From: Polycladomyces zharkentensis
GTDB taxonomy: Bacteria > Bacillota > Bacilli > Thermoactinomycetales > JIR-001
Reading direction: 5' to 3'
Length of the DNA: 32,000 nt
NCBI RefSeq assembly: GCF_016938855.1
Contig: NZ_JAFHAP010000001.1
Coordinates: 87,501-119,500, forward strand
The notes below the pieces were generated by a model. The model ran no database searches and was not told where the DNA came from. It saw nothing but the letters and a program-made list of their open reading frames with translations. Positions 17,015 to 24,490 of this stretch are shown in pieces (within the stretch, counting starts at the first letter, position 1; every line of letters begins with the position of its first letter). A program made the translations under genes and the position numbers.

Positions 17015-17743
17015 CTAGAGCACTTTGCTCAAAAAGGCACGGGTCCGTTCGTGCTTCGGAGCATTGAACAACTCGTTCGGCGTTCCTTCTTCAACGATTA
17101 CGCCTTGGTCCATAAACAGCACCCGGTCGGACACTTCTCGGGCAAACCCCATCTCGTGGGTGACGACGACCATCGTCATCCCCTCTTTGGCCAGTTGCTT
17201 CATGACGGCCAACACCTCGCCCACCATTTCGGGGTCAAGGGCCGACGTGGGCTCGTCAAACAGCATCACCTTGGGGTCCATCGCCAGTGCACGTGCGATG
17301 GCCACGCGCTGTTGCTGTCCGCCGGAGAGCTGTTCCGGATAAGCCTGGGCCTTGTCTGCCAAGCCCACCTTGTTCAACAGCTCCATCGCCTTGGCTTCCG
17401 CTTTTTCCTTGGTCCAACCCCTGACTTGGATCGGTGCCAGCGTGATGTTTTCGATCACGCGCTTGTGCGGGAACAGGTTGAACTGTTGGAACACCATGCC
17501 CACTTCGGTACGCACCTTGTTGATGTTCGTCTTGGGATCGGTCAGGTCATGCCCGTCCACCCATACCTTGCCGCCGGAGATGGACTCCAGGAGATTGAGA
17601 CAGCGCAGAAACGTGCTTTTCCCGGAACCGCTGGGACCGATCACACAGACCACTTCTTTTTCCTGGATTTCGACGTTGATATCCTTCAATACTTCCAATG
17701 TGCCGAATTGTTTGCGCAGATGTTCGACGCGGATCATGGCCAT
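17015..17743 (-). CDS. polar amino-acid ABC transporter ATP-binding protein (GlnQ-like)
   Basis: Walker [10 protein letters not shown], signature [15 protein letters not shown], Walker [24 protein letters not shown] upstream. Confidence 0.93.
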   Translation of the reverse strand: MAMIRVEHLRKQFGTLEVLKDINVEIQEKEVVCVIGPSGSGKSTFLRCLNLLESISGGKVWVDGHDLTDPKTNINKVRTEVGMVFQQFNLFPHKRVIENITLAPIQVRGWTKEKAEAKAMELLNKVGLADKAQAYPEQLSGGQQQRVAIARALAMDPKVMLFDEPTSALDPEMVGEVLAVMKQLAKEGMTMVVVTHEMGFAREVSDRVLFMDQGVIVEEGTPNELFNAPKHERTRAFLSKVL

Positions 17744-17746
17744 GGA

Positions 17747-18433
17747 TCATCCCTCCTGTCTGTCGGTGCGGTAGCGGTTTTCCAGGAAAAGGACGAAGCG
17801 CGATAAGACAAAAGTGAGTACAAAATACATTGCGGCGGAAGTGATATACGGAGCCCAGCGTTCAAATGTGTTTTTCGCCGTGGTGAAGGCGGCGTAGGTG
17901 ATGTCATTGACCGAAATGATTGTGACCAAGGACGAATCTTTGAGCAAGGCGATGAATTCGTTGCCCAACGGAGGCAACATCCGCTTGAACGCCTGCGGGA
18001 GAATCACGTGCCGCATGGCTTGTCCGTATGTCATGCCGAGCGAACGGGCCGCTTCCATCTGCCCCTTTTCAATGGATTGAATGCCGCCGCGAAAAATCTC
18101 CGCGATATAGGCCCCGGCGTTGAGCGATAAGGCCACGAAACCGGACACGATCGCCTCGGGCGGTTTCACGCCGAGCCACTCTTCACAAATCGTGGGAATC
18201 ACAGCGAAATGAACGGCCAGGATTTGCAGCAGCAACGGCGTTCCCCGGAAGATATCCACATACACCTGAGCCGGGATGACCAACCACCGGCTGCGCGAAA
18301 GCCGCATCAATCCCAATATCAGTCCGATGACCAACCCAACCAAAACAGCCACCGTCGTCAGTTCGATGGTGGTCCAAAGTCCACGGATAAAATAGGCTTT
18401 GTACTCCACAATGACGGACCAATCGATTGGCAT
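17747..18433 (-). CDS. polar amino-acid ABC transporter permease (His/Glu/Gln/Arg family)
   Basis: 228 aa, multi-TM, EAA loop EAARSLGMTYGQAMRHVILPQA. SD AAGAGGTGGA upstream. Confidence 0.92.
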   Translation of the reverse strand: MPIDWSVIVEYKAYFIRGLWTTIELTTVAVLVGLVIGLILGLMRLSRSRWLVIPAQVYVDIFRGTPLLLQILAVHFAVIPTICEEWLGVKPPEAIVSGFVALSLNAGAYIAEIFRGGIQSIEKGQMEAARSLGMTYGQAMRHVILPQAFKRMLPPLGNEFIALLKDSSLVTIISVNDITYAAFTTAKNTFERWAPYITSAAMYFVLTFVLSRFVLFLENRYRTDRQEG

Positions 18434-18482
18434 ACATCCACCTCTTTCCAGGCAGAATGGATTGCATCATGAATTGCGCAAC

Positions 18483-18512
18483 TTATCCACATATTTATCC
18501 ACATTATCCACA
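18483..18512 (+). promoter_or_regulatory. three perfect tandem DnaA boxes (TTATCCACA)
   Basis: TTATCCACA at 18483..18491, 18495..18503 and 18504..18512, all in the same orientation. They lie in the 141-nt gap between the SBP and permease genes. The sequence is certain; the function is inferred. Confidence 0.6.
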
Positions 18513-18519
18513 GGAAATT

Positions 18520-18561
18520 GTTTGAAAACAGGAGGAAATGGGGAGTACAAGGGCACTCCCC
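18520..18561 (-). terminator. intra-operon hairpin / partial terminator after the SBP gene
   Basis: On the minus strand: GGGGAGT-8-nt loop-ACTCCCC followed by ATTTCCTCCTGTTTTC. Confidence 0.45.
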
Positions 18562-18574
18562 AACCCCGCTCCTT

Positions 18575-19345
18575 TTATTGCATTGGACCGAAATATTTCT
18601 CGTAGATCTTCTTGTAGGTGCCGTTTTCCCGGATTTTCTTCAGACCGTCATTGATTTTCTTCAGCAGTTCCTTGTTTCCTTTTTTGACGATAATCCCGTA
18701 TTGTTCCGGTTCAAACGACTGATCTTCCACCTTTTTGAACTTACCGGCAGGCAGTTTTTTCAGGTATTCGAGGACCACCCCATTGTCCGCCACCACGGCA
18801 TCGACACGGCCGTTGGCCAAATCGTCAATCGCGGCCGGTGTATCGTCATATCCCTTGATGCCCTGATACGTTTTACCGAATGCCTTTTGTACGACGATTT
18901 CACCGGTCGTCCCCGTTTGCACGCCGATCCGTTTCCCTTTCAGATCTTTCAGCGACTGCACGTTGGAATTGGCCGGTACGAGAATCAACTGTTTGGCGTC
19001 AAAATACGGGTCGGAGAAGTCATACACTTTTTTGCGGTCGTCCGTGATGGAGATGGCGGAAATTCCCGCATCCAGTTTGCCGTTTTTTACGGCGTCCAGC
19101 ATCGGGTCCCAACCTGCGTGTTGAATATCCACCTCAAAGCCGCCGGCTTTGGCGATCGCGTTCATCAGTTCGATGTCAAAGCCGGTCAGTTTCCCGTCCC
19201 CTTCCTGTTTCTCAAACGGCGGATAGGCGGCGTCGGTACCCACTTTGACGATTCCGCCTGCCCCCGCGTTGTTCTTGGCACAGCCGGTTAAAGCAAATGA
19301 GCACAAGAATACCAGTGATAAGATCAAAACCCCCAATTTTTTCAT
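18575..19345 (-). CDS. polar amino-acid ABC transporter substrate-binding lipoprotein
   Basis: MKKLGVLILSLVFLCSFALTGC lipobox followed by an SBP family-3-like body. ATG 19345 with AAGGGGGAT upstream. ORF track start 19375 rejected for lack of an SD. Confidence 0.9.
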   Translation of the reverse strand: MKKLGVLILSLVFLCSFALTGCAKNNAGAGGIVKVGTDAAYPPFEKQEGDGKLTGFDIELMNAIAKAGGFEVDIQHAGWDPMLDAVKNGKLDAGISAISITDDRKKVYDFSDPYFDAKQLILVPANSNVQSLKDLKGKRIGVQTGTTGEIVVQKAFGKTYQGIKGYDDTPAAIDDLANGRVDAVVADNGVVLEYLKKLPAGKFKKVEDQSFEPEQYGIIVKKGNKELLKKINDGLKKIRENGTYKKIYEKYFGPMQ

Positions 19346-19482
19346 GTTTGATCCCCCTTGAGATTGCATATTCAAACATACGTCTCTTCCACCGCATGAA
19401 CGGAGAAATCGCGGTGGATTGAAACCTTCTCTGGTTTAAAAGCGTCTACAATGCTTTAGCATGATGAAATCTCCCTTGAGTT

Positions 19483-19511
19483 ATTATAAGTGTTGTTGTA
19501 TTTATATTCAA
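19483..19511 (-). promoter_or_regulatory. sigmaA promoter of the amino-acid ABC operon
   Basis: On the minus strand: TTGAAT (19511..19506), 17 bp, TATAAT (19488..19483). Leaves a ~130-nt leader. Confidence 0.7.
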
Positions 19512-19652
19512 TTTGTATGTTTTGGTAACCCTCCCCTTTCTTTCTCTCCTGTTCAATAAAAGGAATATTCTAAAATTATCTTCTTTAGAAATACTTCTTT
19601 CGATTTTGGGTTCATAAAGTCCTGTAGAAAATATAGGAAGACCTTCTGAATC

Positions 19653-19675
19653 AAAAAAGCCGCCGAATGGCGGCT
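19653..19675 (-). terminator. rho-independent terminator of the HU gene
   Basis: On the minus strand: AGCCGCC-ATTC-GGCGGCT followed by TTTTTT. Confidence 0.8.
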
Positions 19676-19681
19676 CTTCAC

Positions 19682-19957
19682 TCACTGATTGACGGCCTCT
19701 TTCAACTGTTTGCCGGGACGAAATGCCGGAACCCGGCTGGCTTCGATCTGAATTGTTTCACCGGTTTGCGGGTTGCGGCCCGTTCGGGCGGCACGCTCGC
19801 GAACCTCAAAGTTGCCGAAACCGACCAACGACACTTTTTCACCATTACGCAAAGCTTCGGCGATGGTGCTCAACACGGCTTCCACCACTTGAGCCGATTC
19901 CTTTTTCGTTTTCCCCGTCGCCGCAGCCACGCGATCGACCAGTTCCGATTTGTTCAT
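19682..19957 (-). CDS. hbs: DNA-binding protein HU
   Basis: 91 aa: [20 protein letters not shown]...[22 protein letters not shown], a canonical HU/IHF fold signature. SD AAAGGAGAG upstream. Confidence 0.95.
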   Translation of the reverse strand: MNKSELVDRVAAATGKTKKESAQVVEAVLSTIAEALRNGEKVSLVGFGNFEVRERAARTGRNPQTGETIQIEASRVPAFRPGKQLKEAVNQ

Positions 19958-20077
19958 GTGTCAACTCTCCTTTTCTCTCACAAGTTTTTGGGTTTTGAAT
20001 CATGACTATTACCCTGTGTTTCCCATCTTTTGGTTGTTTATACCTCTTTTTTTGATAGGTAGATTGACTTTTCCTTT

Positions 20078-20779
20078 TTAACGCGCAAATGTCAAAGAAC
20101 GGACCATTCGACATCCCGCCTCTGCCAGTACGCGGGCACAGGCGCCCAATGTGGCGCCGGTCGTATATACATCATCCACCAACAATACATTCAAAGCGAC
20201 CAACTTTTCGGCGGGGATCGACGGATGCAAATCAAAAACCCCCTCCATCGACCGCAAACGCTCCGCCCGGGATCGCCGACTTTGAGGTGGAGTGGGTGAT
20301 GACCGCACCAACAATGACACCACCGGTACTCCCCATTGCTTTCCGATGACGCGGGCCAATTGCTCCGACTGATTGAACCCTCGCTCTGCCAGCCGGGAGG
20401 GATGCAGGGGAACATAGGAGATGACATCCGGCTTCCGTCCCCTGCGGGCAGCGACCGACACCATCATCTCCCCCATCGGACGGGCGTATCGCTCCCTGCC
20501 CAGATATTTGTACAAACGAATGACTTCGCGGGTATGGGGCGTGTAGGATACTGCACTCCAGTTCTGTATCAGCTCCGGATACGGATGGGATCGGCAATCG
20601 GTACAAAGCGCTTCCCCACCCGCTCTCCCGCAACGACGGCAGTAGGGAGGTTCAACGGGAGAAAACCCGTCGCGGCAATACGGACAGATTTTTTCCCATA
20701 CCGGTGCCCAGGGAAGAGCGCGGACTGGCGTGTCGCAAAACGGACACCTACCGGACGATGAGAACAGCCATCCGATCAT
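20078..20779 (-). CDS. comFC: ComF family protein (competence protein ComFC; PRTase-like)
   Basis: N-terminal Cys-rich zinc-finger region (CPFCDT...CPYCRDGF...CRRCGR...CTDCRSH) and C-terminal PRTase motif LLVDDVYTTGATL. ATG 20779 overlaps the comFA stop (ATGA). The ORF track extension to 21157 overlaps comFA and is rejected. Confidence 0.88.
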   Translation of the reverse strand: MIGWLFSSSGRCPFCDTPVRALPWAPVWEKICPYCRDGFSPVEPPYCRRCGRAGGEALCTDCRSHPYPELIQNWSAVSYTPHTREVIRLYKYLGRERYARPMGEMMVSVAARRGRKPDVISYVPLHPSRLAERGFNQSEQLARVIGKQWGVPVVSLLVRSSPTPPQSRRSRAERLRSMEGVFDLHPSIPAEKLVALNVLLVDDVYTTGATLGACARVLAEAGCRMVRSLTFAR

Positions 20780-22491
20780 CGCTTCACCCCGGGCGCATGC
20801 AGACACCCCATCCGGGATGCCAACCGGTTCATCGCTTTGATTTCCCGAATCGCCCGCCGCTGAGCTTCCGTCCATTCCTCCGAGATCCACCGGACGATCC
20901 CCGCCGGGTCTTCCGGTGACCGTCCCGCCCGTCCCGACATCTGAACCAAAGTGGCGGCGTCCATGACGGTATGGTCCGCACCCAGCACCAACACTTGACA
21001 ACCGGGAACCGTCACGCCGCGCTCCAAGACAGTCGTGGAGAGCAACACGCGAACACGGCCCCGGCGAAATCGTGCCACGATCTCCTCCCTGTTGCGCTCT
21101 TTTCCGGACACAGCCGCACAGAACCGGGCCATTGAAGGGTACCTCCGATTGATCCACTGCAGCAGACGCGGCAAATCCGCCACCCGTGGCACAAAAATCA
21201 ACCCTGGTTTGCCGGTTTGCATCAGATGACGCAAATAATCCGACAACGGCGGGACAGGTTTGCCGCGACTCACCTTATTCCACAAACCGCGGACCCCGTA
21301 CCGTTCGGGTACGGGCAGCGGATGACCGTGAAATCGGGCGGGCAGGGTGATGACGGGCAATTTGCCCCGCCGCGCTTTTCTCTGCCAGACCATCGGTGGA
21401 GTGGCCGTCACCCACACTGCTTTTCCATCGTTGCATAAAGCTTGGTCGATCCCCGATTGCAGCGCGGGATCTCCATACAATGGATAGGCATCCACTTCAT
21501 CAACGATCGCCAAAGCATACCGTCGGTACATCCGCCAGGCTTGGTGCGCCGTGGCGATGACCAGCTCTCCGTCATCCCATGTCGACCGCGTTCCCCCATG
21601 AACGGCCGTTACCCGAACGCCTTCCACCGCTTTTTTCAAACGCGGATACAACTCATCCACCACATCACGACGCGGTGTCACCCACAGCACACGCTGCCCG
21701 CTTTGCAGTGTCCGGCGAACCAACGGCAAACAAACCTCCGTCTTGCCCGCTCCCGTTGCCGCCCACAGCAACAGTATCCGCTCCTGTCCGTCTCTCCAGC
21801 CTTCCAGAAGGGAGGCGACTTCCTGTTGTTTCGGGGTCAGTGGGGGCAAGCGGAGACGAACCCCGTCGGTGCGAACCGCGGAAGCATCGGGGGGACGGAT
21901 ACGAAACAACGGAACGCATGACCGGCATCTGCCCAATACGAGACAATGATCGCAGGTGGCACATGCTTGGCGGCACCGTTTACATTTCGTCCGAAACAAC
22001 CGGGACGGTCCACTGCCGCATCGGCTGCAATGCCACTTCACCGCGGGACCGGCCATTTCGACGGCGGGCACGCATTCCGCGGCTCCCATCAGGCACAACC
22101 ATTGCAAACCCGCACGCAGGGCCGCCGGATCGGGGTCCTTACCCCACCGGAATCGCAATAATGATCGAATTTCCTCCTCCAACAGCACACGACCACCTAA
22201 TATATTCCATATTGCCACACCGTACCTTTGTCCCGGCGACAGATGATCATCATCGGTCGTTTGTTCGAAGTGCTCCATCCCATTCCCGATCAGCGATGAT
22301 TTGGATTGTTCTTTTGAAACATGTTTCCTTAAAACAAACCAAGCTTGTCCAATCGTTTCAAACGAACCGGCTATGCGAAACTCCCTCCCCCGGTCCCGCC
22401 AAAACCGCTCGTCCACCTCAGGAGCCAAACTGATCCCCCAATGAGGAGGTTCTCCTCTCACCGTCGCCTGATACAGCGTAAACATGGCCAT
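20776..22491 (-). CDS. comFA: ComFA-like DEAD/DEAH-box helicase (DNA uptake ATPase)
   Basis: Walker A WAATGAGKTE, DEAD box IVDEVDAY, VTATPP, and a four-Cys zinc-finger segment (CSRCG...CKRCRQACATCDHC). Starts at ATG 22491 or 22485 (AAGAAGGGG upstream). About 100 aa longer at the N-terminus than B. subtilis ComFA as I recall it. Confidence 0.88.
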   Translation of the reverse strand: MAMFTLYQATVRGEPPHWGISLAPEVDERFWRDRGREFRIAGSFETIGQAWFVLRKHVSKEQSKSSLIGNGMEHFEQTTDDDHLSPGQRYGVAIWNILGGRVLLEEEIRSLLRFRWGKDPDPAALRAGLQWLCLMGAAECVPAVEMAGPAVKWHCSRCGSGPSRLFRTKCKRCRQACATCDHCLVLGRCRSCVPLFRIRPPDASAVRTDGVRLRLPPLTPKQQEVASLLEGWRDGQERILLLWAATGAGKTEVCLPLVRRTLQSGQRVLWVTPRRDVVDELYPRLKKAVEGVRVTAVHGGTRSTWDDGELVIATAHQAWRMYRRYALAIVDEVDAYPLYGDPALQSGIDQALCNDGKAVWVTATPPMVWQRKARRGKLPVITLPARFHGHPLPVPERYGVRGLWNKVSRGKPVPPLSDYLRHLMQTGKPGLIFVPRVADLPRLLQWINRRYPSMARFCAAVSGKERNREEIVARFRRGRVRVLLSTTVLERGVTVPGCQVLVLGADHTVMDAATLVQMSGRAGRSPEDPAGIVRWISEEWTEAQRRAIREIKAMNRLASRMGCLHAPGVKR

Positions 22492-22598
22492 ACCCCTTCT
22501 TAATGGTTCTCCCGACTCGTGACTGGCCCCACACAGCTCAGTGGGCTGTTCGCTTCATCCGGTAAAGCAACCTTACATCGGTCCACGATGGCCCGGAT

Positions 22599-22640
22599 AA
22601 AAAACAACGCAGGTTCGCTCCTTCATCGCTGACCTGCGTT
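22599..22640 (-). terminator. rho-independent terminator after the degU / small-membrane-protein unit
   Basis: On the minus strand: AACGCAGGT-17-nt loop-ACCTGCGTT followed by GTTTTTTAT. Confidence 0.65.
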
Positions 22641-22726
22641 CCACTTGCTGTCGGATATGGTGTTGAATCTTCAGGATCCATCTCTGTCAGTGTTGTCCGA
22701 CAGAACCGGTCCCGCTTCTCATCGCA

Positions 22727-23134
22727 TCAGGACAACACCTGTATGCTCCGGTTCGGCGAACGGAGATCCATCACCCAAACCCTGCGGACATCCGAATGGC
22801 TTCGCGACGCCACTTCATTCCACATTTCATTCTCATCCCGCACGGTAACCACTTCCAATCCCGGCAACTGCCCTTGCAAACGGGTGAGAATGGACAACGT
22901 ATCATCAACGGAGAATCGGTCCACGCAAGTGATGCGGCTGGACTTCCCCTGAATCCAATGCCAAAACACATAGGAACGGATGACCCATTCAATGGTTCCC
23001 TGGCTGTTTCCTGTCAAGAGGATGAGATGAACCGGGTCGACACGGACGGGACGCCAACAGGCTTTGCCGATGCAATGCAACAAAAACCACATGACGCCGT
23101 ACAACACGATTCCCCATACGATTGATTGCACCAT
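22727..23134 (-). CDS. hypothetical membrane-anchored protein
   Basis: ORF track entry 22727..23212 trimmed to ATG 23134 (AAAGGAGGA, 8-nt spacer). One N-terminal TM segment (IVWGIVLYGVMWFLL), then a ~100-aa soluble domain. No family recognised. Confidence 0.6.
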   Translation of the reverse strand: MVQSIVWGIVLYGVMWFLLHCIGKACWRPVRVDPVHLILLTGNSQGTIEWVIRSYVFWHWIQGKSSRITCVDRFSVDDTLSILTRLQGQLPGLEVVTVRDENEMWNEVASRSHSDVRRVWVMDLRSPNRSIQVLS

Positions 23135-23193
23135 CGCACTCGTCCTCCTTTGCCCACAGTATATGCCGTGGGCATAGACGGGGTGCGACGGCG

Positions 23194-23946
23194 TCAATGC
23201 AACCTCACCCATCCTTTTTTCAGCGCGACCAACACGGCTTGCGTGCGGTCCTGAACACCCAGTTTGTACAAAATATTGCTCACGTGATTCTTGACCGTTT
23301 TTTCGCTTATGTAAAGCACATCACCGATGGACCGATTGTTTTTCCCTTGCGCCATCAGCCGTAATACGTCCATCTCCCGCTGGGTCAGGATGTCCGGCCA
23401 TTCAGGTACATCAAATTCGGGGACGGTGGTTGTCATTTCCCGTTGTTGCCGGCTGATTCGGAGGATCTCCCGTACCAGTTGCCCGCTCGCACGCGGATGA
23501 ATGTAGATTTCACCCGACAAGACCAAGCGTACCGCCTCAACCAGATCTTCCGCCTCCACATCTTTGGGAAGATAACCGGAAGCACCTGCTCGAACGGCTT
23601 CCACCACCATGGTGGTCTCCCGTTCACCCGAAAACAGAATGATCGGCAACCGCGGATACTCCTCTTTGAGTCGGATCGTGACGTCCACTCCGCTGCCCTT
23701 GGATAAGTCCAGGTCCATCAACACCAAGTGCGGTTCGTTTTCTCGACAGGCCATCAATACCGATTCGCCATCCCCACAATCAACAAATGAGATGGGACGG
23801 TTCATTTGCGAAAGGATTCGTTTCACCCCTTCACGAAACAACCGATGCCGATCAGCCACAACCATACGGATCACGTAAAGGCGGCGAGGGTCGTTTTCAG
23901 ACGGCGGTGACTGCTGCAAAGCGGGAAGTGACAGGCGCTTGATCAC
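23194..23946 (-). CDS. degU: DegU-like NarL/LuxR-family response regulator (orphan; start uncertain)
   Basis: LFREGVKRIL near the N-terminus and C-terminal ISEKTVKNHVSNILYKLGVQDRTQAVLVALKKGWV closely resemble B. subtilis DegU. GTG 23946 is the only start with a good SD (AGAGGTGA, ~7 nt). Alternatives 23874 (GTG) and 23865 (ATG) fit DegU length better but lack an SD. Confidence 0.85.
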   Translation of the reverse strand: MIKRLSLPALQQSPPSENDPRRLYVIRMVVADRHRLFREGVKRILSQMNRPISFVDCGDGESVLMACRENEPHLVLMDLDLSKGSGVDVTIRLKEEYPRLPIILFSGERETTMVVEAVRAGASGYLPKDVEAEDLVEAVRLVLSGEIYIHPRASGQLVREILRISRQQREMTTTVPEFDVPEWPDILTQREMDVLRLMAQGKNNRSIGDVLYISEKTVKNHVSNILYKLGVQDRTQAVLVALKKGWVRLH

Positions 23947-24015
23947 CTTCTCACCTCTTCTACCAGCCATACAACGGAAAATTCCGTCGAATTTTCTGAA
24001 TGAATGTCCAGTACT

Positions 24016-24024
24016 ATTCTACCA
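24016..24024 (-). promoter_or_regulatory. candidate extended -10 element for degU
   Basis: The minus strand reads TGG-TAGAAT. The -35 is weak (TTTCCT). Confidence 0.4.
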
Positions 24025-24060
24025 TTATTGACATGTGAAGGAAACCGTTTTTACAAAATG

Positions 24061-24134
24061 ACTGTCTGAAAGCTCACGGCGACCATAGGAAGTACCCTTG
24101 GGGTATTTGCATCGTGGGCTGAAAGACAGTTTTG
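24061..24134 (+). ncRNA. 70-nt extended hairpin with a U-tail: candidate small RNA or insulating terminator
   Basis: ACTGTCT/AGACAGT (24061..67 / 24124..30), GCTCACG/CGTGGGC (24072..78 / 24113..19) and an apical 8-bp stem (24090..97 / 24101..08), followed by TTTT. Two G-U pairs exist only on the plus strand. TTGACA (24028..33), 18 bp, TACAAA (24052..57) lies just upstream. Confidence 0.4.
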
Positions 24135-24156
24135 CCCGTGATCCTCTTCACCGGTA

Positions 24157-24185
24157 TTGTTAGTACAAACAAGAAATGTTAGAAT
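24157..24185 (+). promoter_or_regulatory. near-consensus sigmaA promoter with extended -10, firing into an ORF-free region
   Basis: TTGTTA (24157..62), 17 bp, TGt-TAGAAT (24177..85). Confidence 0.55.
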
Positions 24186-24189
24186 CTTC

Positions 24190-24490
24190 ATCGAGCTGTG
24201 CTCATCCTGCTGGTAGTAGGATTTTGTACGTCATGGTAGGAGGTTCTGGCGGCGAAGACTCCCACCAGGTAAAACCATGAGAGTAAGTAAAGGAGAACCA
24301 GCGTACTGGTAATACCACGGGCACTTCCGTTGGTCGCAGGTACGCCGCCCAGGCGGGTACATACAGCGTTGCTGCAGAACTGCCTGGGACGGGGTGATGA
24401 CACACCCCTGAACCTGGGCGTTGTCCAAAACGGAAACGGACTGCGGACGCTAACGACCCAGGAATCCCACGTCTTCAGACGTGTGGAGTG
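24190..24490. ncRNA. candidate large structured RNA (unclassified; strand unresolved)
   Basis: No ORF with a start plus SD. All three minus frames are open at once. There are dense perfect helices, including interleaved CGCCCAGG/CCTGGGCG and CCTGGG/CCCAGG pairs. Details are in the findings. Confidence 0.35.

Noticed and set aside
20780-21157. A 126-codon N-terminal extension of comFC in the ORF track.
   Set aside because: It overlaps the comFA C-terminus in another frame and is G/R/P-rich. ATG 20779 overlaps the comFA stop (ATGA), which is classic translational coupling.
24188-24428. Three overlapping minus-strand ORFs (71, 67 and 65 aa) and a 59-codon plus-strand TTG ORF (24330..24509).
   Set aside because: All frames being open at once indicates composition or structure, not coding. 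None has an SD. None resembles DegS, which I specifically looked for because of the location.
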